64,000 bases of DNA from positions 30,634,011 to 30,698,010 of the forward strand of contig NC_068985.1 in NCBI RefSeq assembly GCF_001194135.2. Reading direction: 5' to 3'. Made by a program: the position numbers and the translations under genes. The DNA comes from Octopus bimaculoides. Lineage: Eukaryota. Of this stretch, positions 26,853 to 41,833 are shown one piece after another. Position 1 is the first letter of the stretch; every line of letters begins with the position of its first letter. Under the pieces are notes generated by a model, which searched no databases, was not told where the DNA came from, and saw only the letters and a program-made list of their open reading frames with translations.

Positions 26853-27509
26853 TATTTCAAAACGGGGGCACCAGTTTTCATTTATGTTTTATGTAGTGTT
26901 TTTGGTACCGAAAGACTTTCAAACTTCGTATACTTATCTATTTTGTGTTATAGAACAGAAAAAAAATTTTGTATTCGAATTTATTTCATGTAAAAAATTG
27001 TCTTATTTCGATAATTTCTACTAATCACTGACGTCTATTCAGTTGAAAACAGTTAGCGCTGTAACGGTGTATATCGTATTAATCCCCTAACCCTAACCCT
27101 AACTAGACTGTTAACCCTAACCCTAACCCTAATCCTAACCCTAAAACTAACCCTAACTCTAGAATCTGAACTCTAAAATTGTTACACACATAGATACGCA
27201 CAGCGTAATTTATTATATAAACAATATATGCGTATAAATTACGATTAAACCGGATGAAATATGTCACAGGGAAGAACATTTTTATGACCGCCCAGCAGTA
27301 ACTCTATTCAGCTGAATAGACGTCAGTGATTGGTTGAAATTACAGAAATACGACAACTTTAACATGGAATAACTTGCGATGTACGTTTTTTTGTTAAGAA
27401 GACTAAGAGTAAAAGGTGTTTTATATGACACATTCTACCAGTGTCCCAAGTTTCAAAGTGTTTCGTTAGTGTTTCGTTAAGAAAATACTGGTGCCCCCGT
27501 TTTGAAATA
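26853..27509. mobile_element. MITE-like element with 23-bp TIRs, a nested 20-bp inverted repeat and a (CCCTAA)n tract
   Basis: TATTTCAAAACGGGGGCACCAGT at 26853-26875 is inverted at 27487-27509; AATCACTGACGTCTATTCAG at 27023-27042 is inverted at 27312-27331; telomere-like tract at about 27085-27160. Confidence 0.8.
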
Positions 27510-28432
27510 GATCCAACTCCCTCAATAAAGTCGCACGAAGCACCTTTGAATGAAGTATATTCGTGTAAAGTCATATAACACGTTCGAGTACACTCGGACG
27601 TGTGAGGCCCTTTCGTTGCAGAAATCATCTCGGGAGAAAATGTTCCTCCTAGACAAGGTGTGTAAAAACATATAGGGTGGTGTTCGACGTCACTGGATGG
27701 TAGGTCGTATGCGTTTCTGATTTCTTTCACGTTATCAATTACGAACACCAAATCTGCCTTTCATACGCCGAAAAGAACAACCAAAGAAGATAACTAAGGA
27801 AACATAAACCGAGTGAAATTTTGGAAAAGACGAAGTGAATGAATCCAATTACCCGTACATTTTACATACATTTTAATTGCAATAGCAGTGATAATTCAAA
27901 CATAAAACTAGGTTACATTAACCCTTTTTTCATCAATTCCCACCCTTTATTTAGCCAAGAAATTGACTCCCTTTTACCTCATATTTTCTGTAGCCCCATC
28001 ACTTGACTGTTCAATTTCAATGTGTGTGTCTACGAGAAATAACTGATGTGACTAACGAAATACTGGTTCGAGTTAAAACTCTACTTTCATTTATAAATTC
28101 CTCTTCTTTCTCTAAGAAAAAATTCTCTTTCTAAGTTTTATTCTCTTCTATTATGGGTAATAATTCTAGCTTAACCTTTCCCCCGCCCAGACCCATACCA
28201 GTGGAGAGCTTCACTATCCTCAGTAAAAATATATCTGCTGCCTTTACCGCTTTCCAAACCCTTCCAACACCAGCAGTTTGTTCGACTGTCCCTTGTTTTG
28301 AATGCTGCAAGGTATTTGGAGGTAAATTAGTGATTAGATACAAAGAAAATTATGTATGACTACTCTTAGTCGTTACATTTACGAAGAAACATTTAAGTGT
28401 CCTAAGAATATTAAAGGCCAGAGGTAAATAGT

Positions 28433-28684
28433 TGTGGAGATCGCTAGCATCTGAATCTGTCCAATAGAAATTGCTGGCATGCGAATCTGTCCAATAGAAT
28501 CGAATGGAAAGTTGTAGATCTCTCTAGAATGTTCTAAAGGCTTACCGCTATACAAGCAGAGGTGGTAGAGGGCGTTTCTCCTTTTGCCATTGTCTTTTCA
28601 TGTTATACACTGTTTGAGCGACAGATAATAAACCTGTCTGGAGTATCACTGTGTTCTTTGCAAGTGAACGAGAGAAGCACAACA
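28433..28684 (+). mobile_element. 5' LTR of Ty3/Gypsy element
   Basis: TG...CA ends, internal AATAAA at about 28627, directly followed by a PBS and gag. Confidence 0.75.
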
Positions 28685-28687
28685 AAT

Positions 28688-28705
28688 TGGCGTCGCCGAT
28701 AGGAT
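28688..28705 (+). other. Primer-binding site, probably tRNA-Ser
   Basis: TGGCGTCGCCGATAGGAT lies 3 nt after the LTR and resembles the complement of a tRNA-Ser 3' end; the tRNA identity is inferred from memory. Confidence 0.6.
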
Positions 28706-28921
28706 AAGAAAGACTGTCCTTGCCGAGTGGACTTTTTATCTTGACGTTGATAATACAATTATTTGAAAGGTAAACAACCAGTTTTGCCCATAAGCTTCTG
28801 TCTTCTGTATTTCTAGTATCAGTTAAATTATTGTTTTGTCAAGAGTTTTACGGAATATGATATGTTATTTTATCTAATATAGTTAGAGTTTTACTGCAAG
28901 TTTATTTTTACCTTGACAACC

Positions 28922-31900
28922 ATGGCGGAACAAACCGGCGTGCTGACGAAGTTGCTCACACAATTTCAACTTCAGAGGGAACAAATGGAGGTACAAGCAC
29001 AGCAGCACAGAGAAGCTGTGGAAGCTTTGAGAAGGCTGATTCAAGTTCAAATTTCTGAAAAGGATTCCTATTCAAGTTCCCGTCTTCCAACTTCTTCAAC
29101 TGCTATCCCACCATTTGCTGCTTTTGATTCAACATCAGAACTGTGGCTTGATTACTGGTCAAAATTCTGAACTTTTGCTATGGCTAACGCCGTGCCTGAC
29201 CAGCACAAGGCTCAAGTTTTCTTGACGAGTCAAACCGCTACCATCTATAAACAACTGGCTAATATGGCTACTCAACAGAATCCGCCCAAGGGTATTAACG
29301 AGCTGACGATGGAGGAAATTGTCAACTTTATGAAAGAACAATTCGACCCAAAACGTTTCATTGTGAGAGAACGTTTCAGTTTCTGGAGTGATATGCAACG
29401 GAAGCCAGGCGAAACTCGCCATGAGCTGGCAGGGCGTATACGTCAAGATGGTGTTACCTTTGACATTCCGTCAATCACAGACCCTCAAGTTGAAGCTCTT
29501 AGACAGAGATTCATATGTTCTGTCAACAATGAAACTGTCTTGAAGGCTCTTTTCAAGATTAAGGACATAGAGCTGGACTTTTACCGTGCTGTCCAAGTCG
29601 CGATTGAGACCGAGGACGCGGCAAAGGTTGCCAAGGAAACTGTTTACGGTTCCAAGACCAAGTTTGTCAACAAAGCCAAACAAAAACAGAACAAGGACCA
29701 ACGAAAATACCATCAGCAGTCTAATTCCACAGACCCTGTGTTGAAATGTTACCAATGTGTAAAGGCCCATTAAGTGACAGACTGCTCCTACAAAGAATTC
29801 AAATGCGACTTTCGTGTCAAGAAAGGACATTTGGAAGCTGTGTGTAAGAAGCAACGAGAGCAACGGGAACAGCGTTCCCAACTTTCCGTGGAGAGAATCA
29901 TGAAAGTAGAGCTTGTCAAAACAATCCTCGGTGAAGTTTCCGGCGATACTTCCAGGTTAGTTGTACCAATCACAATCCAGAACCGTCAATTCACGATGAA
30001 ACTGGACACTGCAACTACAGGAAATTTCGTTTCTTTACTGGTCTGGAAACAACTAGGAAAACTGAAGCTGGATGATGTCAGACTTCGCTACGAGTCTGCC
30101 AGCAAGCACGACCTGCCCGTGCTGGGAACTTTTATGGGCCAAACCAAGGATCCAATGACTGGTAAACAAAACTCAATTCCTTACATAGTCATCAAGATCC
30201 CTGACCTGAATTTGCTGGGACGAAACTCTATCCAGACACTTGGAATCTCTGAGGACAATGCTCTTGGACTGAGATGCATAGAAGTTCAAGACAAGAGTGA
30301 GGTTGCAAGAGGATTGTATCCTAAGACCTCTAACGAGACTTATACTTTCCTGCAACGACATTGCCACAATCTCTGTAACGAGTTCCCAGATTTTTCAAAG
30401 AAGAATTGGAATGTTTTAAGTATTTCAAACTGGAAGCGAAGTTCAAGTCTGATGCAAAGCCGGTTTTTCACAAGGCACGACTGGTTCCTTTCGCTCTTCG
30501 TGATGACCTGGTCAAAGCTTACGAAGAAGGCATGCCAAAGGAGTCTGGTAGCAAGTCCAGTTCAACGAATACGGAACGCCAGTGGTACAGATTCGCAAGG
30601 CACATAGTCTGGACACCCCGAAGCCCAAGTTGCGGATTTGTGGTAACCACTCAGCTAGCCTCAACGATCAACTAGAGGAACACCGTCATCCAATGCCGCT
30701 CCCAGCAGAACTGATGCAGAAGCTGGGAGGTGGATAGGGTTACACGAAGATTGACCTTGCTGATGCCTACAACCAGATCAAGCTGGCACCAGAGAGTCAA
30801 TGAAGGCTAGCCTTCAGCACTCACTGTGGAGTACTCCTGCAGCAACAACTCCCATCTGGAATCAAGTCAGTGCCTGGTTATTTTCAGATCATGGAAGTCC
30901 TAACCAGTGAGCTGCCTGGAGTTGCCGTCTGCCAAGATGCGGGCAAAATGCCAATGACCACTTGAGCGACCTGAGGCTTTTGCTCTCTCGTCTGAACGAC
31001 AATGGACTCAGATGCCGTCGAGAAAATGCCTGTTCGCACAACCCAGGGATCCAAGGTCGAGGTAGTCATGAAGTCATGAAGTTATGAAGATGCCACCTCC
31101 TACGGACGTCTTAAGCTTAAAGTCTTTCTTGGGTTCGGTTCAGTTCTACGGGAAGTTCATCTCAAACCTGGCCACTATGACCGAGCCACTTCACCGCTTA
31201 ACCAAGTGGGGAACACGCAGCGTTTGAACATTTGAAAAATGTATTATCCTCAGATCAAGTCCTTGTACATTTCGATCCAGACAAGCCACTAGGACTGGCT
31301 TGTGACGCGTCAAACTTTGGAATTGGAGCAATCCTGTTTCATCGCTATCCGGATGGAAGCGAGAGCCCAACTGCCAATGTGTCCAAGACTCTCACGTCTA
31401 CAGAAAGAAACTACAGCAAAATCCACAAGAAAGCCCTAGCCATTATTTTTGGCTTGCGGAAATTCTACCAGTATCTGTACAGACGTCAGTCCATCTGGTC
31501 ACTGATCATAAACCACTGACGGCACTGTTCGGCCCGAAAAAAGGGACACCACTTTTCGCAGCCAACCGACTAGCTCGATGGGCCCTGTGGCTGAACCAGT
31601 TTGACTACACAATCGAATACTGGAAAGCAGCGGATGATGGCAATGCAGATGCTATAAGTTGCTTGTCATCTGAAGACGACAACGACTTCGACAGGGAAGA
31701 AAGTGGTAAAGACATGGATATAGTGTGTACCATCAAAGTTCTCAGTCTTCAAGTCAAACCTGTGGACGGCAACATCCTCCGTCAAGAGTCTGGGAAAAGA
31801 TCCAGTGATAACTACAATGATGCGCTATGTCCCCGAAGGGTGGCTACCGAAGCACACTGAGATCAACGATGAAGTCGAAAAGTTCTGGAAGTTGTCGGAT

Positions 31901-33021
31901 GCACTCAGTATCTACCATGGATGCTTCATCCATGGATCAAGAGTTGTGATTCCACTGAGCCTCGAGTCTAATATTCTAGATTCACTGCATATCGAACACT
32001 TCGGTATGGAACGCATGAAGCAGTTGGCAAGAACCGCTGTCTACTGACCCGGTATTGATGCAGCTATTGAGATGGTTATTCGACGATGTGACTCGTGCGG
32101 CGAACATCAAAACAAGCCATCCAAGCTTGCAGTTCACTCATGGATGCTACCAGAGAAGACATGGAGCCGCTTACACGTGGATCATGCCATCAACTTCATG
32201 GGTATGAACTGGCTGAACACGGTTGCTTTCTAACGGTATCCATGTATTCACCCAAAGTCATCCACATCCATGAAAGCCACTGCTGGATACCCTCACACGC
32301 TGGTCACAGATAATGCATCAACTTTCCTTTCTGAAGAATTTCAGAGCTAGTGCAAAGAACGTGAGATCACACACCTCACAAGAGCACCGTACCATCCAGC
32401 TACTAACGTTTGGTGCAGTCATTCAAGCAAGCACTGAGAAAGTCTTCTCTGCCCACGAAGCGAGCTCTTCAAGAGTTCTTGGTGCAGCACCGGAGAACGT
32501 CGACATCCTGTGGATTCTCTCCAAGCGAACTCTTGATGTCCCGGCAGATACGGATTAGAATTAACTTTCTGCTGCCCTCGTCAGCATACATAGCTCAGGG
32601 CAAGCAATCCAAGATGTTATCAAAGGCTGAGATGACTCCAGACTCGGGAGGTGTCGCTAAGGTAACCAGGCAATACAAGGTTGGTGATCCTGTATATGCA
32701 CTCTGCTATGGACCTTGCCGTGACAAGCAGCCTCGATGGGTACAAGCAGTCGTCACGAAATCATTGGGTACTCGCTGTTTCAACGTCAAGGTCTTTCCTC
32801 ATCGCCCAGTATGGAGACGATACTGGGAACAGTTACATCAGCGCTACGCTTCAGCGGAGAACTGCGAACCTGGAGGTGAGACGGACAATATTTCTGAGCA
32901 TCCAACTGATTATCCAATAGGGATCCTGGAAGATGTGTCACAAACACAGAGACAAACCAGACTACTTCTACCCAAGACCAAACCGCTTGTACCAGAGTAT
33001 GGACAGGACAACTCTAGATGA
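28922..33021 (+). pseudogene. Decayed gag-pol of a Mag-clade Ty3/Gypsy retrotransposon
   Basis: Gag (FIVRERFSFW..., LRQRFICSVNN) with a degenerate double zinc knuckle, protease KLDTATTG, RT IDLADAYNQI, RNase H LACDASNFGIGAIL, integrase zinc finger H..HFG.ERMKQLAR...CDSC; many stops and frameshifts; no 3' LTR. Confidence 0.9.
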
Positions 33022-34067
33022 TCCAAGAGAACAGAGAATTTGTTGCTGATACAGTGGCTTGATTACTGGTCAAAATTCTGCACTTTTGCTGTAGCTAACG
33101 CCGTGCCTGACCAAAATAGCGATGGAAGAATCAATAAGTAAATGTACAAGATAGTAGATTAGTTGGTGTAGAATATAAAATTCTTGAGAGAAATTTCTCT
33201 AATTAGATCATGATAATACCAATATATGTCGATAGTCGTCTTTTGCGCACACTGAAAGCGTTAAAACTTTGATAGTTTTTCCTCGCCGCAAAATTATTTC
33301 TGATTATCTTCTTAAAGCTCATTACATCAAAGATTTTAACATTAACTTAACTACTGTTTTTCATGCAGATGGCGTTTCTTAGTTATTTATAACTTTTAAG
33401 AGTTGTTTGGGTGAAAAGTTAGGAGAATCTTTAGAATAAAAGCGTTCCTGTATTTAGCTTCATTTTCTTGTATTTGAATTCCACTCTTTAACTCTTTTAA
33501 CTCTTTCCTTTCTTCAGAGACGATAAAACAAGTACCATTAATGTATACCGGAATTTAGCTTATTGTCTAAATAAGATTTTGAACTGCAAATGTTCTGTAA
33601 GAAATACAAAAGCATAAGAATAGTAAGAATTTTCCTCTGTAAATCTTAATATATTACACATTATATAATGCTGTAATCCTTGGATTAAGATAAATCGTCA
33701 GTTATAATATCGATGAGTTTATTGCTTTTGTCAGGTAGGATAATCTTGTATGAAACACAATAACATAGTTATTAGATTTAAAAGTAGATTTAAAGATAAG
33801 TCTTCTGGAAAATCTTAATTTACCCCACTGGTACTGGATATATTATATTTAATTACTGTATAAGTACCCGGTCATATAGTTTACCCCACAAAGAAAATAG
33901 TTTCTCTTGCAAAGCAACTCGCTAGTCATCGTACTATAAACTAAGAACTACTTCATCTAGTAACAACTGAATATAGGCTAAAATTCCTGTAAACAGCGTT
34001 TATAAACTGTTTTTGATAACAATACATTATAGTTATTTCACTTGTGACGCTAATAATCCTATCTACT

Positions 34068-34270
34068 ATAGGCCCCAAGCCTGAAATTTGAGGGAGGGGG
34101 CTAGTCGACTTCATCGACCCCAGTATTCAACTGATATTTGTTTTATACACCTGGAAATGATGAAAGGCAAAGTCGACTTCGGTGGAATTTGAAATCAGAA
34201 CGTTAAGCCAGAAGAAATGTCGCGAAGCATCTTATCCGGCGTGCTAACGATTTTGCCAGCTTGCCGCATT
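34068..34270 (-). mobile_element. Nin/Deu-domain tRNA-derived SINE
   Basis: GATGAAAGGCAAAGTCGAC core in reverse orientation; head at about 34260. Confidence 0.75.
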
Positions 34271-35740
34271 GCTTACAACGTTAATAATAGATAAGATATA
34301 AATAATAGAAAAGATCTGAACGCCACAACTTCGTTTCACTCTCCTGTGGAGTTAACGAAGCCAATCGACTTCCGATGGATAGCTTTTTTGTAATGAGAGG
34401 TCAAACCGCTAACGTCGTCTACTTGCACACAGCTAAGACTGGTAAATATTCCATTAATGCCACATGAATATGGGATCAGTAAAGTTTTTGTTAAAATTCT
34501 CAGAGACCGCATGGATCTAGTGAAAATGTTTTAATCGACTTCGCATTGGATCTAGCCAGAGCAGTTTCCACGACGTCAGAAAGAGAATTCAACATTAAAT
34601 TCAAATTTTACAAATATCTTTTGATGAACAACCTGAGATGTTTATCGGAGATTCTACTTGATTAACCCTATAGAATTATTCACAGAATGCCCTATGTTTT
34701 TTGTTTTTTTTCAATCAAATTAAATATCACCGATGTAAAAAACGATTTCTCCTGTAAAGAAACTCGTTTAACAATATGCAACTTCTATATTTCATTAGAT
34801 TTATTTAAACTATAAGATAACTTATCTGCCTAATGGCCTGAAGAGTGGCCCTGATGGCAGACAGAAATAGTTTTTATTGTTTAATGCCAGTCTTGATCAA
34901 AAACATTCCAACTGTCATCATTTCGTCTTTTTGTTTATCCAGAATAGTGTTTCTCAACCGTTTTTCTTTACCTGTGAACCCCTTTGATTCCTATTCTACT
35001 TGGATGGAGCCTTATAACGATCCGATGCTATAAAAAATCCTATTGTATTTTTATGATTAAATATTATCAGGAATTGTATTAAAAATTTGTTAAAATATTT
35101 TGTGTATTGTAAAAGTATAACCAATTTGTTGCCGATAAATTTTAACAAAATCTTATTTGGAAACCCAAAGGTTATATGAAACCCGATTGAGAATCACTTA
35201 TCTAGAACCACACTGTTCAAAGCTTTCTTTCTCTCCGAAGATGGTAGGGTGCCAGGAGGGAAATTTTACGAGCAGTTGGAGATTGGCTCGAGTAAATAAA
35301 GGAATATTTGTCTGATTTTTCTAACAGATCGAGCGACCACATAGAAGCCCCGGATTAAATAATTTTCTATATTTAGATTCGTTTCTTGCGTTTGAGTTTA
35401 AATTTCACCAGAGACGACTGTCGATTGTGCCTTTCACTTCTCTGAGATCAGTAGTTACCGATATTATAGAGAGTCGATTGCCTCTTACACTTACATATTT
35501 TTTTTTTTTAAATTTCTTGTTTTTTGTTTTTTTTTTGGTGGGGGATATACTGTCTTGCGCTCTGAAAAGTAATGAGCATATTATACTTCTGTTGACCGCG
35601 GTAATTTCAGTTCTCTTGTGGAAAATACTGCAGAATTGTTTCTCATCAACCAATTCTTGCCTAAAGGAGAGAGAGCATGCAAGAACACAAGACGCTGGTT
35701 AAAAATGCAATGTTTTCACTGCAAATAATGTAATTGGTAT

Positions 35741-35957
35741 TAATTTCAAATTTTGGCATAAGCCCAGCAATTTCAGGGAGGAGTAAGTCGGTTATATCGA
35801 CCCCAGTGCTAATTGATACTTATTTTATCGACCCCAAAAGGATGAAAGACAAAGACGACCTTGGTGGAATTTGGACTCAGAACGTAAAGATGGGCGAAAT
35901 GCCGCTAAACATTTTACCCAGCATGCTTACGATTCTGCCAGCTCCAGCTCCGCCTTA
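35741..35957 (-). mobile_element. Nin/Deu-domain tRNA-derived SINE
   Basis: Same family in reverse orientation; head ends at CGCCTTA 35951-35957. Confidence 0.8.
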
Positions 35958-35986
35958 AATCAGAGATATTAATATTAGAGATGAAG

Positions 35987-36212
35987 TAAGGCGACAAACT
36001 GGCAGAATCGTTAGCACACTGAGCAAAATGCTTAGGGGCATTTTGTCCGTCTTTACGTACTAAGTTCAAATTCTGCCGATGTTGACTTTGCTTTTTATCC
36101 CTTTGAGGTTGATAAAATAAGTACCAATTAGCACGGGGTGGGGGCGATGTAACCGACTTACCCCGACTCTTAAAATTGCTGGCCTTGCGCCAAAATTTGA
36201 AACCATTATTAA
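35987..36212 (+). mobile_element. Nin/Deu-domain tRNA-derived SINE with 10-bp TSD
   Basis: Full head-core-tail structure; AGATGAAGTA occurs at 35979-35988 and 36213-36222. Confidence 0.8.
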
Positions 36213-36279
36213 AGATGAAGTACTGTTATTTAGCGTTTAATGATAGAGTGCCAACCTCAAAAGGTGAGAAATGAAATGA

Positions 36280-36316
<37 letters not shown>

Positions 36317-36789
36317 AGCGGATTCAAGGTTGACAATATATCCCTCAATACCAACACTTCCTAAAGAATATCATTTGGTTTGCACCTCCTCTTCTTCAAA
36401 TGTCTGATATAGATAAAGCTTCTTGAGGTTAATGAATAAGTACTTCGTCACAACTCATAGACATAAGATATTGTACAATAGGCACATCCTTAAAGTTAGA
36501 TTTAGCTGTACCATCTACCATGAAACAAATGTAGCACATAAGTCTACTGCATCCACGGATGCCTTTTGCTCATATTAGAACAGCTCTACATGCAGGCTGA
36601 ATGGATTCTGCAAAAGTCCATTATATACGAGATGGGGGTTAAACCTTTAGGATAAACCTATAGAAAAAAGTGTAGATAATACATTGCAAACACGAAAGCA
36701 AACGCAAGAAAGTCGATAGTTTCAAACAGAAAAAAATCAACAACTGAAATCATTCTTATATCAAAATAAATAAATAAATAAATAAATAA

Positions 36790-38990
<2,201 letters not shown>

Positions 38991-40285
38991 TCAAACTTTA
39001 CACAGACACAAACACGTGCGAGCATATACAGTCTGTCAGATACCGGCCATGATGAATACCACAAGGTATTGAAAATACGTATTCGCCTTTATATATTTAA
39101 TCCTTTATATTGAACACTCAATATTTCATACACTCAATAAGACATATTCCATATATTCAATAAGACATTCAATACTTCATTTCATTGTACCATCCATTTT
39201 TATATTATATATTATATATTCCATATTCTATATCCCACATTAATTTTACAAGAATATAAATAAAACATAAAAAACAGACAGAGTTGGAACTCTTTTAAAT
39301 AAAATAATATATTCCTCTATACACGATCATAGAAAACCCTTTTTTGTNNNNNNNNNNNNNNNNNNNNNNNNNNNNNNNNNNNNNNNNNNNNNNNNNNNNN
39401 NNNNNNNNNNNNNNNNNNNNNNNNNNNNNNNNNNNNNNNNNNNNNNNNNNNNNNNNNNNNNNNNNNNNNNNNNNNNNNNNNNNNNNNNNNNNNNNNNNNN
39501 NNNNNNNNNNNNNNNNNNNNNNNNNNNNNNNNNNNNNNNNNNNNNNNNNNNNNNNNNNNNNNNNNNNNNNNNNNNNNNNNCGGTTTGGATGATGTGGCTG
39601 TAAAACTTGCTCTGCATAAGCATTCGACTTGTTTGGGCACGCTTACGTTAAAATCAATTTTAGAATTACTTTTTTCTGTCAGAACGCTAAAAATAATTGA
39701 CCAACAAAAAAAAAACCAACCAAGATTCAACCAAATTAAAAAATAATCTCAAATACTAAGCGAGCAAAGATGAACTATCTCACTTCCATTGCGCGCACAC
39801 ATGCACACAAACACACACACACGCACACGCACGCACACATACACACACACACACATACCCCCCCTTTTACATACACACATATTCACACAGAGTTGAAACG
39901 CTGTTTGATTTATTTTCTTCAGTGTACAATTTTCATCATCCCACTACCAAGTATGACATCCCCCCTTCCTTCCTTATTCATCTATCACCCCTTCCTTTCT
40001 CGTTCATAAACACAAGAGTATTATTATAGTAGATTATCTCGGTAACCATGAAAAAAAAATAGAAAGCCCAGCAACACCACCGGACCATTCTACACATCTG
40101 TGCAATTTTTCGCACAATTCCAAGACAAGAAAGAATCACCCATGTCAAATTTATATGTATAGATATATATTCAGGTTGCCCCTAAAAAGGTGAATATACA
40201 CATTGATTGATTATAAAGGTAGTGTCTATTAAAATACATTCATTTTGAAAATATAATAGAATCTACAAGCAGAATTTAATTTTTT

Positions 40286-41665
40286 GGTTGATTATAATGT
40301 TGGGCTCTTTCGTAGAATTGTGTGTTGCATGCCTGTGGTTCTTGAAATGGTGTGGTGGGTCCCTGTGGGTGTTTTGGGGTTGGTTAAGGTAGTGTGGAGT
40401 GCGTTTTAAATGTCTTTCTCTGGTAGGGAGTATATTTCGATTTCTTGGTGGTTGTTCCATTGTGTTGATATGTGGGTTTGTTTTTCTTAATTTTATGAAG
40501 GGGTTGTTGGACATGTGTTCAGTTTTGAAGTTGGTTTCATAATCCAAGAACCAGTTGGCGCTCTTTTCCCATCGCTGGAGGGACTTTAGTTCCTCTTTTT
40601 CACATTCTTCTTTCCATAGTTTAAGTAATGTTTCAGTATCGATGCCATCTGTTAGTTTGTTGACGTCTTCATTGATTTCTTCATCTATGGTTTTTACTTT
40701 TTCTTCATTTGTCTTAGCTCTCAATTTTAGTAGTTCAATTTCCATCTTCATTTTTTCTAATGACATTTTTTCTCTAAGTCTTCTTTGTGCTTCTGGTTCT
40801 TCCAGGATGGGTTTTATTTGTAATTTGCGGGGTATGATTAGGGGTGTCGAGTTTAGCCACTTTTGGTAAGTCTCTGCTTTATTCTGATTTTGTATCATTT
40901 TCTAAAATGCGTATTTTCTGTTTCGCAGTAGTTTTCTCCATTGTGGTAAGACTTGGTTTCTTATTTGTAATGTTGATGTTATTGCGTTCCTCCCATGTGT
41001 TCCTCAAATAAAAACCTTACACCCAATGAAATAAGCATAGTATCCAAAGGACTTAAATTTACCCCAACCCCACAACGTCTAAATTACTATGAAATGAAAG
41101 ACGAAATTTCGGAATTTTGTAGGAAATTGAGACTTGCCGAGGAATTTCATGGCAAAGACATGGATGACGAATCTATAGCTAGAAACAACAGCGACTACAT
41201 CCCACCAAGGGAAAGAATAAAGCCTTAGACCGCTTTTGTGATCACATAACCAATTTCCCTTTTCAACTCACAAACAGGCAAAAATACAGACCAAACTTCA
41301 ACAAAAGAGAATGGAACGACCTCGTCAAACTAAGAGAAGATAAAACCATAACGATCAAGGAGGCAGATAAAGGCAATACGGTAGTTCTAATGAACACAAA
41401 TGATTATAAAAATTTAGTACTATCCCTATTAGAAGATGAGACATACTACGAAAGAGCCCAACATTATAATCAACCAAAAATAATGAATAACCTCAGTACA
41501 TTACTCAACTCATACCGAGAAGGGCTCACAGACAAGGAGTACGATTACATCACCAGCTTCAAGTGCAAATCAAGTTTATTCTACGGTATCCCTAAAGTCC
41601 ACAAAAGCAAAGTAATTAGTGAAGCATGTAAAAAATATCTCTGACAAAATTGTAAATTAAAATTC
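40286..41665. mobile_element. Penelope-like element 5' half with an inverted N-terminal segment
   Basis: Plus strand 41001-41640: NKNLTPNEISIVSKGLKFTPTP, IKEADKGNTVVLMNT.DY, FYGIPKVHK (PLE RT N-terminus). Minus strand about 40995-40286: ORF 40263-40898, interpreted as the preceding N-terminal region. Ends at an N-gap. Confidence 0.8.
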
Positions 41666-41833
41666 NNNNNNNNNNNNNNNNNNNNNNNNNNNNNNNNNNN
41701 NNNNNNNNNNNNNNNNNNNNNNNNNNNNNNNNNNNNNNNNNNNTAAATTTTAAAAAACGAAGAACAAACACAAGAAAAAAACAACAACGCGAGGACGTGG
41801 TACATGCAAAGTACTATCAGACGCTTAAAGGTG

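Noticed and set aside
27085-27160. (CCCTAA)n tract as a chromosome end or fusion scar, or any CRISPR-like array
   Set aside because: Short, degenerate and enclosed by transposon TIRs. No repeat-spacer array or cas gene anywhere in the window; the DNA is eukaryotic.
28131-28359. Overlapping short ORFs just upstream of the Gypsy LTR
   Set aside because: No recognisable domain or splice support; probably degraded repeat sequence.
33518-33596. Exon-like 79-nt segment (good acceptor, GTAAGA donor, open frame DDKTSTINVYRNLAYCLNKILNCKCS)
   Set aside because: No recognisable homology and no partner exons; cannot be told from chance without RNA-seq.
40555-40869. Plus-strand 104-aa Ser/Phe-rich ORF
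   Set aside because: Antisense shadow of the Glu/Lys-rich PLE ORF on the minus strand.
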